Source of the DNA: Candidatus Saccharimonadales bacterium
GTDB taxonomy: Bacteria > Patescibacteriota > Saccharimonadia > Saccharimonadales > OMJO01
Assembly: GCA_038213615.1 (NCBI GenBank)
Contig: JBBQSV010000002.1
Span: 1 to 53,979, forward strand
Reading direction: 5' to 3'
DNA length: 53,979 nt
Positions 33,852 through 43,451 of this stretch are shown here, piece by piece. The notes under the pieces were generated by a model. That model was given only the letters and a program-made list of their open reading frames with translations. It made no database searches and had not been told where the DNA came from. Numbering within the stretch: the first letter of the stretch is position 1; each line of letters starts with the position of its first letter. Both the position numbers and the translations under genes were made by a program.

Positions 33852-35120
33852 CTATAAAACGTTACCTTGTGTCTCTTGAGGTGTCTTGTAGAGATCGTAG
33901 AATGTGGGCAAGTTTTCCGTATCAATAAAACCCTGTTTAACGACGCGACCTTGCTCATCTAATTCGGGTGGGTGTATATGGCTGAATATGACTTCACCGA
34001 AACGGTTGTTACCAACCATATCAGTTAGATCCATGAGTTTGTCTAGCTTGTTGAGCGCCCCTGGGCCATAAGCCTGCTTCACTTCTTGCACAAGCTTACG
34101 CCTCGATTGTATACCGCCCTCAGGGCCAGCATCTTCAAAAAAGGCATTTGTGACAGTTTTTGTATCTATTAGCCCTTGTGAGCGACCTATGAACTCAGCC
34201 AGCACTTTGCGATAACCAACGTACGTATTATCTTTGTCTCCGCGCTTATCTGGATCGAGTGTTTCAAAATCACCTGTAAGAATACCAAGTGTCACATGAT
34301 GGGTAACTGCTTCATTCAAACCAGTTCTATTTAGCATCTCTGGTTTAAGCTCGGTGCTAAAACCTACGCGAGATCGCTTGAACTCTGTGTCACCGGCTTC
34401 CGGAGTTTTAAATGTTCCCCCAGAGACTTTGTGCGTTAATTCGTGCGTCAGATTATCCTGGAAGTTTTCGCCCGTTTCCCGAACATCATGACGGACACCG
34501 ATTTCATCATGGTCGTTGCGATAGTAAGCACTCATGGGGCCATAGGTATCAAGTACTGCAGAATCGGTGACACGAACGCTTGTTTTGATAAGGGCGGCTT
34601 CCAGGCGGTCCTCCACAAATTCAGGTATGTAGCCAAGTTCAACGCCCTTTTTAACCCCCGTAACGTATGCTTCTCGAAAATGAGGCCATGCCTCTATTAA
34701 GCCTTGATGGGACTCGCTTATATCTCTGCTGTTGATAAGTTCTTGCACTTTCGGATCAGCCATAACCATAGGTCGTGTATCAATGAGCGGAGGAATTTTG
34801 TCGGCATTCTCCTCAAGAAAAGGATTGCCCGTAATAGCTTGCCTATCCCCCAGGGCTGTTTTTTGAATTCCTTCGATGTACTCCATCATAGCCGCTGCTT
34901 CCTCTTCGGTTTTGGAGCTAGCAAGAACCAAATTAGTAACAGCATCATATGCTTTTGCTTCGTCCTCTAAATTTCTAACGGTCAACGGTTCTTGTAGGTT
35001 GGATAGTGCAACCTCGCCGATGTGACGGCGCTGAGCAATTTCTGATTGCCACGCTTCACGACTAGCTAGACGTGCTTCTGGTTGTGGTGAAAGGTTTGGT
35101 TGTGATTCGGAATTAGTCAT
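33852..35120 (-). CDS. Hypothetical protein with an HExxH zinc-metallopeptidase-like motif
   Basis: HELTH is encoded at 34431-34445. 422 aa, with its own TGCTATATT promoter. Confidence 0.6.
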   Translation of the reverse strand: MTNSESQPNLSPQPEARLASREAWQSEIAQRRHIGEVALSNLQEPLTVRNLEDEAKAYDAVTNLVLASSKTEEEAAAMMEYIEGIQKTALGDRQAITGNPFLEENADKIPPLIDTRPMVMADPKVQELINSRDISESHQGLIEAWPHFREAYVTGVKKGVELGYIPEFVEDRLEAALIKTSVRVTDSAVLDTYGPMSAYYRNDHDEIGVRHDVRETGENFQDNLTHELTHKVSGGTFKTPEAGDTEFKRSRVGFSTELKPEMLNRTGLNEAVTHHVTLGILTGDFETLDPDKRGDKDNTYVGYRKVLAEFIGRSQGLIDTKTVTNAFFEDAGPEGGIQSRRKLVQEVKQAYGPGALNKLDKLMDLTDMVGNNRFGEVIFSHIHPPELDEQGRVVKQGFIDTENLPTFYDLYKTPQETQGNVL

Positions 35121-35256
35121 ATTTATTTTGTTATTTATTACAATATAGCATAATATTGCTAGAAAAGCAATATCTGTACAATAGATATTTACAGATTACA
35201 ACACTTGTGCTATAATGTTGTTAGTAAATCAAAAATAAACATTTATAATTTTAGTT

Positions 35257-36945
35257 ATGGCCTCACGTAAGAAATCACCCCAAGAACTAGCTGCAGAAAT
35301 CATAGCTGCTTTTCCGTTCTACAGCGATTATTCAATGCCCAAAAAAGAGGCGTCACATTTAAACAAAGAGGCGAAGAGAGTCAAGCAAGAAGTTGAAAAC
35401 CTGCGCCCATACCTGCTTTCAGACAAAGTCTTGGCCAAAAAGCTACGCGCCATAAAACACATATCCATAGCTAGTGGTGTTTGGACACCACATACAGGCG
35501 AAGGCAGTAAACAACACCTAGGTTATGCCATTCAACGAAACATGGGGTTTGGCTACAGCAAAAGCGAAGCTACTGTTTTAGCCAAGAAAGAATTAAAGAG
35601 AGACGGCTACCTCGCTGCTATACGATCTGATAGAAAAGAAAAGGATCGCAACTTCAAAGAGCCGATTAACGAATTTATCAAGTGTCATAGATTATATAGG
35701 GCTACAGCAGAAGAAATTGGGGATAATGTTATTGACCTTACAAAGTTTACCCCTAAAGCCAAGTCTCAATTGAGCCGTGATTTCCCGTCAGGGAATTTCC
35801 TATACCACGGCACTGAAACGGAGCAGATGATGAAAATATTAACATCCGGCTATCTATCCAATGCAGGGGCGCTATACGAAAAAGAAACAGAACTGGCTAA
35901 AGCCGAGGGTCGTGAAACGGAGTTTATTCGCCGGAATTCTGGCTATGAAGGCATCTCCTGGAGCCTTAACTCTATAGATGCTCTACCGGGTGATCGTTAC
36001 CACCTTGCTGGCTTAATAGCCTCTCCAGAGCTTGTGCTCGGCAAAAACGAGCAACTTGTAATTCCATCTCGCCCAGCGATTAGCGAAGTCTTGCAAGTGG
36101 CTGGGAGCATCAATGCCCGAGAATTCTATGAGGCCAAAACGCAGCTTGAACTTTACTGTCACACCGGTACGTTTGGCGAAGCTAATTCCGTATTTAATAA
36201 CTTATGGGCTGTTAGTTATTATCGAAAAAATCCAAAGCGTAGTTTAGATGATAGACCCATGCTTTATACTGCTGGGCGTAAACTTGTAAAATGCAAAAGC
36301 TATGCGGAAAGTCTTGGTGAGTATTACGCTATCGGACCAAACGGTTTGATTTACTTAAGTCATAATCTGCTCGGTCAAGTAGATGATGAAATTCCTATAG
36401 CAGCAGTGTGGCTGCAAGCGCTTATAGACACCGGAAGACTTGAAGGCACAGTTTTTGCTGGTAAGACATGCCCCGAGATTATCGAATTGATGAATAGCAA
36501 GAACACTGACTTACTGCTCCGAGAATCAAAAAAAGACTGGCAACCGTTTGAGAAAACTATGAACGCCGCTGAGGCAAAAGCAAAGCACGTTAAGGTGCCG
36601 ATCGAGGAGATGTATTTAGTGACTGCTCAAAAAGATCTCAAGCATTGGTTAAAGGTACTAGTTCGCACCCACTACCAACCAAAAGGCCTGTTGCTCTATG
36701 ATGACAAAAAAGTACGCCTTGAGAATTTCGCTACGCTGCACCGTGGTGACCACGCCGAGCTAACACGAGAGTTGCGAAATGCTATACCAGCACGAAATGG
36801 TTTTGTCCCCTATAACGAGGTGCTTGGCATTGAATTTACAAATGACATGCGTGCCGGGCACCACCATCAAATTATTGCTGAGCGTTATCTGGATAATCGT
36901 GGTGTTATCAAGTGGAATAATGGTAAGCTAGCAGTAGAAAGGTAA
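35257..36945 (+). CDS. Hypothetical protein with a putative ADP-ribosyltransferase-like (H-Y-E type) core
   Basis: FLYHGTETEQMMKILTSGYL (nt 35797-35856) resembles the ART beta1-alpha1 H-G-T...IL..G.L signature. SGYEGISW and GKNEQLVIPS (nt 36040-36069) are candidate Y and E motifs. This is motif level only. Confidence 0.6.
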   Translation: MASRKKSPQELAAEIIAAFPFYSDYSMPKKEASHLNKEAKRVKQEVENLRPYLLSDKVLAKKLRAIKHISIASGVWTPHTGEGSKQHLGYAIQRNMGFGYSKSEATVLAKKELKRDGYLAAIRSDRKEKDRNFKEPINEFIKCHRLYRATAEEIGDNVIDLTKFTPKAKSQLSRDFPSGNFLYHGTETEQMMKILTSGYLSNAGALYEKETELAKAEGRETEFIRRNSGYEGISWSLNSIDALPGDRYHLAGLIASPELVLGKNEQLVIPSRPAISEVLQVAGSINAREFYEAKTQLELYCHTGTFGEANSVFNNLWAVSYYRKNPKRSLDDRPMLYTAGRKLVKCKSYAESLGEYYAIGPNGLIYLSHNLLGQVDDEIPIAAVWLQALIDTGRLEGTVFAGKTCPEIIELMNSKNTDLLLRESKKDWQPFEKTMNAAEAKAKHVKVPIEEMYLVTAQKDLKHWLKVLVRTHYQPKGLLLYDDKKVRLENFATLHRGDHAELTRELRNAIPARNGFVPYNEVLGIEFTNDMRAGHHHQIIAERYLDNRGVIKWNNGKLAVER

Positions 36946-36947
36946 CT

Positions 36948-37343
36948 ATGAGCGAAGAATACGCACTATTAGCAAATCACATCGATCCGTTTGACGATCT
37001 CAAGCATGCTGAGGAACTGCTTATTACCTATAAACCAACCGGCAATGAAGATGAAGATTTTGCAATGCTTAAGAGCCTCTTGGCACAGGAAAGAGTATTG
37101 GATATTTCAAGGCCAATTGTGTTTGAAAAATACCATCACGGTAGCGATAAGGCGAATGATTTTCTATATCGTGAATATATGGTCAGGCACCGGATTAGCC
37201 TATTTGCCTTAAAGTTAGACAAAAAAGTTACTGATAGGATCAGCTTTGAGGGTACTGATGATTCAATTCAGTCTTCGGTGTGCGCTATGTGCTGTATGAA
37301 CCGCGAAGAATACCCAAAGCCAGTCAAAAAAGCTAAAGACTAA
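36948..37343 (+). CDS. Hypothetical acidic protein, translationally coupled to 35257-36945
   Basis: Its ATG lies 2 nt after the upstream stop (TAACTATG). 131 aa. Confidence 0.55.
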   Translation: MSEEYALLANHIDPFDDLKHAEELLITYKPTGNEDEDFAMLKSLLAQERVLDISRPIVFEKYHHGSDKANDFLYREYMVRHRISLFALKLDKKVTDRISFEGTDDSIQSSVCAMCCMNREEYPKPVKKAKD

Positions 37344-37890
37344 GCACTTTATATTCGTATACATACTCAATGCGTGTCGGGCCATGCTGCCTAACAACTG
37401 TTTCTTCTGTCGGGTAAGTATGACCGTGTAGTAGGACCTGTGGTTGCTCACGATTTATGTAATCCCGTAAGGCATTGAAGCCTTGGTGGGCCACCTCTTC
37501 CTCGTCATTGATGCCGCGCGGCGGACAGTGACAAATAAATACATCCACTTTTGGAAAATTTACCATCATTTGTGATGCTTCTTCTTGGGCGTACATAATA
37601 GCTTCAGGATTTTCTTTGTACCGAACACAACCCTGGAAACCACCAAAGCGGAGACCTTTAAAGTCCCAGACCTTTAGATGCATATCCCAAACACCAAGCT
37701 CAGGCATATATGTGCCACTATCATGATTACCATAGATGCCAATCTTCGGAATATTAGTTATTTGCTCAAGCTGCAGCAAGTCTTCGCGCGTCAGATCACC
37801 AAGCGTAATAATTAGCTCAACATTGTTATCTTGAACAGCGTCTAGGATGTTTATTTTAGGTCGTCTGTCAGCAATAGCTAATACATTCAT
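37333..37890 (-). CDS. Metallophosphoesterase family protein
   Basis: GDLT, IYGNHD and LLHGHTY motifs. TATAAT lies 8 nt before the ATG. Confidence 0.7.
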   Translation of the reverse strand: MNVLAIADRRPKINILDAVQDNNVELIITLGDLTREDLLQLEQITNIPKIGIYGNHDSGTYMPELGVWDMHLKVWDFKGLRFGGFQGCVRYKENPEAIMYAQEEASQMMVNFPKVDVFICHCPPRGINDEEEVAHQGFNALRDYINREQPQVLLHGHTYPTEETVVRQHGPTRIEYVYEYKVLSL

Positions 37891-37946
37891 CTAAAGCTAT
37901 TATAACTAGCCAAACCTTAATTCTGGATGACTTTTTGATTGAATAT

Positions 37947-38492
37947 CTACGAGGAGGGTGTTTGAGGCTTATCTGATCCTGGTTGATTCTGTTCGGCCAT
38001 TTCTGTCCAAAGCTGGTTCTGTAGACCAATCTGTCCCATAAGTTTTTTGGTTTCACCAAAACCTATACCGCTTAGATCTGCACGATCTAAGGCATCAGGG
38101 GGAAGATACTCTCGGCGTTGCGACATGAAATCATACTTGCCAGCTTTCTCGGCAATCTCTTTTGCCATTTCGTATGCTTTTTGGCGATCCGGTTTTTCGC
38201 CCGTAATTTCATCAACTCGCTGTTTGATTTGGCGGTCTTGGTTCTCCAGAAACTTGCTTGCTTGATCACCGACAGATTCTTGTGAAGATAGAAAGTCTTC
38301 GGCCTCATTAGCAATTTGGCTACCCTGTACATCTGTTTCGGTAAGTGATTCGGCTTCCTTAACAACGAGTTCACCTAATGCTTCTACCGCAGGGTCAGCT
38401 ACTGGCTTTACAGCTTCTTCAATGGCTTCTTGGGCATTCTGCAAATATGCGACTCGGCGTTCAAGAGGAATAGATTCGTAGGATTCAGACAT
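37947..38492 (-). CDS. Acidic hypothetical protein
   Basis: 181-aa ORF with a TGCTATAAT promoter at about 38526-38534. Confidence 0.55.
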   Translation of the reverse strand: MSESYESIPLERRVAYLQNAQEAIEEAVKPVADPAVEALGELVVKEAESLTETDVQGSQIANEAEDFLSSQESVGDQASKFLENQDRQIKQRVDEITGEKPDRQKAYEMAKEIAEKAGKYDFMSQRREYLPPDALDRADLSGIGFGETKKLMGQIGLQNQLWTEMAEQNQPGSDKPQTPSS

Positions 38493-38550
38493 AGCTATAA
38501 TTTATATTTTTGCTTTAATGTCTAAATTATAGCATAGTAACTACGATAGG

Positions 38551-39651
38551 TCAAGGATTGGTTTTGTAATCAGCTATTTCTAACAGATCTTCGCCGTATT
38601 TTCTAAGCAACTCAATCATTGAACCAACTTCCGTGTCGGATCCAATTAAATCTTGTGAGATTACTTCAGTGCCCAGTGCAATACCTACCAGATTACCCGT
38701 AATCGCGCCTGTACTGTCACTATCGCCATCATGGTTCACGGCTAATGCCAAAGCTTCTTTAACAGTGAGGGTCTTATTTGTGCAAAGCAGTGCACAATAA
38801 AGTCCGATTGTTAGTGCTTCCTCGGCTACCCAACCTTGGCCTAGGCTTTGCAAATTCTCTACGCTCGCCGATTGACTAGCTAACTGCACAGCTTTCTGGC
38901 AGAGCGAGGTCACATCTTCCGTACCAAAATATTCCAGAGCCGTATTGACGGCTTGACTTAAATCCTTACCATTGAGGCAAAGTGCGACGATTACAGCCAA
39001 TAGCCCGCTGGCATGATGAGCAGTTGTATTGCCATGTGTTATAGCGGCATCATTGACGCCTTCATCGTAAACTTTCTGCAGGACTTCTTTTGTTGGCTGT
39101 TCAGTAGCGTATAGATTACCAAAGAAGATACCGACAGGAGCTACACGCATAACCGTACCGCAGCCTTTGCTATCATTCTCTGCAGGTTTAGCGGGCCTTG
39201 ACATCGCTTTCAGAGCCGACACACAGGTATTACCAGGGCCACGCTGTCCCTGGGCCTTAACTAGCTCAAAAAGCTTTGGGTTACCCCATTGTAAGTCAGT
39301 GTAGTTTGGATTGCTCATGCCTTGGGTCTCTAGCCATTTGATGTAACTCATTGCTGTATAGCCCCAGAAATCTGCAAGAATACCTCGCTCTGCACCACGC
39401 TTATACGCACCAATGAGTCCGTCGGCTGCAAACAATGTCATTTGCGTATCATCTGTGACGGCACCTTTCTTGCCATAAGCCACATCTAACGTACGAATAC
39501 CCTTAACCCCATCAGGATCATCGCCATATTTAGCAATAATCTCCTCGCGTTTCATGAACTCAACCGGTGCGCCAAGCGCATCTCCCAAAGCGCCTAGTAT
39601 TAAACAAGCTCTCGATTTATCTATCCTCGTGTATTTATCTACCTCTGCCAT
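38551..39651 (-). CDS. ADP-ribosylglycohydrolase family protein
   Basis: GALGDALGAPVEF, TDDTQMTLF and HDGDSDSTGAITGNLVG motifs. AAAGGA SD. It lies directly downstream of the ABC gene. Confidence 0.8.
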   Translation of the reverse strand: MAEVDKYTRIDKSRACLILGALGDALGAPVEFMKREEIIAKYGDDPDGVKGIRTLDVAYGKKGAVTDDTQMTLFAADGLIGAYKRGAERGILADFWGYTAMSYIKWLETQGMSNPNYTDLQWGNPKLFELVKAQGQRGPGNTCVSALKAMSRPAKPAENDSKGCGTVMRVAPVGIFFGNLYATEQPTKEVLQKVYDEGVNDAAITHGNTTAHHASGLLAVIVALCLNGKDLSQAVNTALEYFGTEDVTSLCQKAVQLASQSASVENLQSLGQGWVAEEALTIGLYCALLCTNKTLTVKEALALAVNHDGDSDSTGAITGNLVGIALGTEVISQDLIGSDTEVGSMIELLRKYGEDLLEIADYKTNP

Positions 39652-39689
39652 GTAAATCCTTTCCAGCCTAAGTTTAAAGCATCAGAGCG

Positions 39690-41459
39690 CTATTTATAAC
39701 CTTCAGCTTGAGCTTCAAACATTTCTTTATATAAGCCACCAAATTTTAATAATTCTTCATGGGTTCCGTATTCGGTAATCTTGCCGCATTCCATGACAAT
39801 AATTTTGTCGGCCTTCCGGACAGTACTGAAGCGATGGCTAACGATTAATGTTGTCCTATCAGCATGTGCCTTATAGATGTTATTGAAAATCGTGTACTCG
39901 GCTTTGGCGTCAATGGCGCTGGTAGGTTCATCTAAAATCATAAGATCGCCGTTACGCAAAAGCGCTCTGGCAACACCGAGCCGTTGCTTTTGGCCGCCAG
40001 AAAGATTTGTCCCATCGTCGAATGATGGGTCTAGCCGGGTATTGAGCTTATGTGGCAACTTCTTCACGAACTCGGTTGCGTCAACTAAATCAGTGGTCTT
40101 GTAAATTTCATCGTCAGAAGGATCGTGCTCCAAGCCCATAACGAGATTGTCCTTAATAGATAAGTGTTGCACTATTAAGAAGTCCTGGCTTAAGTTGCTG
40201 ATGGCTGCGTAGTAGATCTCTCGTTTGATATCCCTAATATCGGTGCCGTTAATCGTAATGGTGCCCTTAGTTGGCAGATATTGTCTAAGTAACAGCTTAA
40301 TAAGTGTCGTCTTGCCAGCACCGTTTTCGCCAACTAATGCAAGCTTACTGCCAGGTGCAATCAGAAATGACACGTCATCAAGGACTAGCTGATCAGTGCC
40401 GGGGTAAGCGAAGCTCACATTCTTAAATTCAATGGCAAGCGGTCGTTTTACTTCTACAGTACCGTCGGGAATAGCTGGAGCTGTATCATACACTTCACTG
40501 AAGTTTTGCAGATTAATCGAAAGCTCATGGAGACGCTGGACTGAGTTAGCCACGCCCGTTGCACTACTTCCGGCCTGTTCGAGCATGCCGCGTAAGAAAA
40601 TAAACCGATCAAGGCCGATCGTACCGGCGAGCAATAAACGGAAGAAGTAGATATTAGCTCCAAAGCTCACGACTGGCTGAGCCGTTTCAGCTATAACATC
40701 GTATTTCGCCAGTCGTCTATCACTGGTGTAGACCATGTCCTGTGACTTTTTGAGATTAACGCGCCAAGATGTAATGATCCGCTTAAAGGCATTCATGAGC
40801 CGTATTTCTGGCATGAAACTCGGGTCAATTAGCATCCAGCGAGAACGGAATGCTACTCGATCAATTGGCTCAATCTTTTTGTATACTTGCTCGCGTAACT
40901 TGTTCTGCCTGATTTGAAGAAATGCCACCGGTATAACCGTTAATACAATAATCACGCCTATCAAAGGCGCAACCACAGTAACTGCGACAATTGAGCCGAA
41001 GAATCCAATCAATGACGAAGCAGCCCACGAAAGTTCGTTAAGAACTTGCCATATTTGATTTAAGCTGTCACGGGCACGATCAAGCTTGGTATTGAAGGTC
41101 TCGTTATCAAATTGCTCTTGGCTCAGTTCGTACATTTTTAGGAAAAATTGCTCATTGGTGACAATCTCCATCTTTTGCTGAAACCTCGCTCTGGCCAAAC
41201 GGTCAATGTTCGTGACTACTTGGCCAATTAGCTCGAGGGCTAGCAGCGCTGACAACCAAAAGTACACTTGGCTTGTGGCACCGTGTTGCAAAGCTGCAGC
41301 GCTGACGGTCGAAATAAGCTTGGCTAAGGCATAAGCTGAAAGGATCGGTCTAATACCGGTAAAGGCACTGTAAATAATGCTCCAAACCAGTGAAAGACGT
41401 GAAGTTCTCCATTGGAGCTTGACAATCCAGGCCAAAGATCTCAAGTATTTTTGTTTCAT
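39690..41459 (-). CDS. ABC exporter, fused permease/ATPase
   Basis: About 6 TM helices, then Walker A GENGAGKTT, the signature LSGGQKQR and Walker B LMILDEPTS. Confidence 0.85.
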   Translation of the reverse strand: MKQKYLRSLAWIVKLQWRTSRLSLVWSIIYSAFTGIRPILSAYALAKLISTVSAAALQHGATSQVYFWLSALLALELIGQVVTNIDRLARARFQQKMEIVTNEQFFLKMYELSQEQFDNETFNTKLDRARDSLNQIWQVLNELSWAASSLIGFFGSIVAVTVVAPLIGVIIVLTVIPVAFLQIRQNKLREQVYKKIEPIDRVAFRSRWMLIDPSFMPEIRLMNAFKRIITSWRVNLKKSQDMVYTSDRRLAKYDVIAETAQPVVSFGANIYFFRLLLAGTIGLDRFIFLRGMLEQAGSSATGVANSVQRLHELSINLQNFSEVYDTAPAIPDGTVEVKRPLAIEFKNVSFAYPGTDQLVLDDVSFLIAPGSKLALVGENGAGKTTLIKLLLRQYLPTKGTITINGTDIRDIKREIYYAAISNLSQDFLIVQHLSIKDNLVMGLEHDPSDDEIYKTTDLVDATEFVKKLPHKLNTRLDPSFDDGTNLSGGQKQRLGVARALLRNGDLMILDEPTSAIDAKAEYTIFNNIYKAHADRTTLIVSHRFSTVRKADKIIVMECGKITEYGTHEELLKFGGLYKEMFEAQAEGYK

Positions 41460-41522
41460 CTTAGCCGTTATTATAGCTCTTTACTCCTAGACTTCGTACC
41501 CCACTGCGGTACCTTGTCTTTG

Positions 41523-42887
41523 ATGAACCAACCATCAGTACAACTCACCAATACAGCACCCTATAAACTGCCGGACGAAAAAGATGGCATGCCCATTCAA
41601 CCCATTGCCGCTAAGGCTGCGACGGTTGAATATTGCCTGTACGCTCGTAAATCAAGTGAAGACGATGAGCGTCAGGCTCTATCAATTGATTCACAGATCA
41701 AAGAAATGGCTGTTCAGGCTGAAGCCCAAGGACTTAGAGTCACCGAAATCAGGAAAGAGAGCCATTCGGCCAAACAATCAGGCCAAAGGCCAGTCTTTGA
41801 GCAGTTAATTGCGGATGTTCGGAGGGGTTTGTTCACAGGCATCCTCAGCTGGGCTCCTGACAGGCTAAGCAGAAATGCTGGGGACTTAGGCTCTTTGGTG
41901 GACTTAATGGACCTGGGCAAGCTAATTGAGATCAGAACCCACGGTCAAGTGTTCACCAATTCACCAAATGACAAGTTCCTACTGATGATTCTATGCTCCC
42001 AAGCCAAGCTGGAGAACGATAACCGGGGCATCAACGTCAAACGAGGCATGAAAACTAAGTGTGAGTTGGGCTTTAGGCCCAATATGACACCTCTTGGCTA
42101 CCTGAATGACCATTACTCCGGTAAAGGTCAAAAGAAGGTGTTTGTCGACAAGAAAAGAGCCCCCTTAATAAAGGAAGCTTTCGAGAAAGTTGCAGCTGGT
42201 GCGTCTGGCCGCGATATCTATGACTGGTTTAATGGAGTAGGCTTCAGAACCAAAAGTGGCAAACTCCTAACGCTTAGCGGGGTGTATCGCATGCTCAACA
42301 ATGCTTATTACTGCGGAATCTTTGAGTTCCCAGTTGGTAGCGCCAAATGGTACAAGGGCTCATATACGTCTATTATCCCCAGAGAGTTATTTGACGCAGT
42401 GCAAAAGCAAATGGTGGTTGCACCAAAAAGCAAACCAGGCACCAAGCAATTTGATTACACTAAGCTCCTTAAATGCGGCCGGTGCGGGTCGGGCATTACG
42501 GCTCAAGAAAAGTTCAAGCAGCGCAAGAATGGCATCCAAAAACGCTATGTCTACTACCACTGTACGCAGGCCAAGGATTTCAGCTGCCCAGAACCTTACA
42601 TCCGAGAAGAAAAGTTAGCCGAGGCCTTCGTAAACATGCTAAGCAAGGTGACTGTCGAGGAAATTGAAAGCAAAGAAGCTCTAAAATCTGAACTGGATAG
42701 ATTCAGACGATTATCTTCTGCAGTGCTGGGTTATAAGAATAGTCAACAGGATCAGCCTGAAATTAATCTACACAACTTTGCTAAATACGTGCTTACTGAG
42801 GGCACAAGAGAAGAAAAACGTGCTCTAATAGCTTGTCTGAATCAGACAGTTTATCTCAAGAACAAAGAAGTAATCACACGGATTTAG
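41523..42887 (+). CDS. Large serine recombinase (integrase)
   Basis: Resolvase catalytic region YARKSSEDDERQ...SWAPDRLSRN, a recombinase domain, and a Zn-ribbon CGRCGS...YYHC. The start is set at MNQPSV (41523). Confidence 0.8.
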   Translation: MNQPSVQLTNTAPYKLPDEKDGMPIQPIAAKAATVEYCLYARKSSEDDERQALSIDSQIKEMAVQAEAQGLRVTEIRKESHSAKQSGQRPVFEQLIADVRRGLFTGILSWAPDRLSRNAGDLGSLVDLMDLGKLIEIRTHGQVFTNSPNDKFLLMILCSQAKLENDNRGINVKRGMKTKCELGFRPNMTPLGYLNDHYSGKGQKKVFVDKKRAPLIKEAFEKVAAGASGRDIYDWFNGVGFRTKSGKLLTLSGVYRMLNNAYYCGIFEFPVGSAKWYKGSYTSIIPRELFDAVQKQMVVAPKSKPGTKQFDYTKLLKCGRCGSGITAQEKFKQRKNGIQKRYVYYHCTQAKDFSCPEPYIREEKLAEAFVNMLSKVTVEEIESKEALKSELDRFRRLSSAVLGYKNSQQDQPEINLHNFAKYVLTEGTREEKRALIACLNQTVYLKNKEVITRI

Positions 42888-43101
42888 AATCAAAAAAGCT
42901 CAATGAAAAGGGCTGTTAATTTTTCTAGAACCTCTAAAAGCGCAAAAGTTCCAGAAACCTCAGGCTTTAAGGAGTAAATGCACAGTTCCAGCCCCAGGTG
43001 GGGTGGGCCGTAAAGCGAGCCCTTGAGACAAAAACAAGACTTTCAGGAGACCTTGTTACTTCTTTCATTGTCTTTGACCTCTGTAAAAAGTTCCACAATC
43101 T

Positions 43102-43194
<93 letters not shown>

Positions 43195-43223
43195 ATATAC
43201 ACTTTCTACGCAAAATCGAACCT

Positions 43224-43316
43224 TGGCGGAGAGGGAGGGATTCGAACCCTCGCTGGAACTTGCGCCCCACTAATGATTTAGCAAACCATCCCCTTAAGCC
43301 ACTTGGGTACCTCTCC
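43224..43316 (-). tRNA. tRNA-Ser (anticodon GCU)
   Basis: Anticodon stem-loop ATGGT-TTGCTAA-ATCAT, a long variable arm and an encoded CCA. Confidence 0.9.
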
Positions 43317-43330
43317 ATCGTCTTTCTCTT

Positions 43331-43407
43331 TTAAGGGAAAAGAGCAGCCCGCTAAAATGTATTCCATTTTGCTGACGCGTTGAGAAAAACCGTAGGTTTG
43401 TCTCAAT
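43331..43407 (+). repeat. ~75-nt two-hairpin direct repeat, copy A
   Basis: It shares a 21-nt identical core aaaatgtattccattttgctg and a second 11-12-bp hairpin with copy B at 44231-44305. Confidence 0.75.
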
Positions 43408-43451
43408 AAAGAACAGGGGTGATTATATCAGTAAACCCTTGGCAGGTAAAC

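Noticed and set aside
41412-41522. The longer start (41412) for the serine recombinase.
   Set aside because: It would overlap the divergent ABC gene start by 48 nt and add a non-conserved hydrophobic N-terminus. MNQPSV at 41523 precedes the catalytic Ser region at a normal distance.
27261-43100. The AAAGTTCCA motif near both island ends (27265-27275 inverted, 42946-42956, 43087-43095) as att half-sites.
   Set aside because: The matches are only 9-11 nt, in mixed orientation, and one lies inside the cmk promoter region. This is too weak to call, so I used the TCCGCCA duplication as the tentative junction marker instead.
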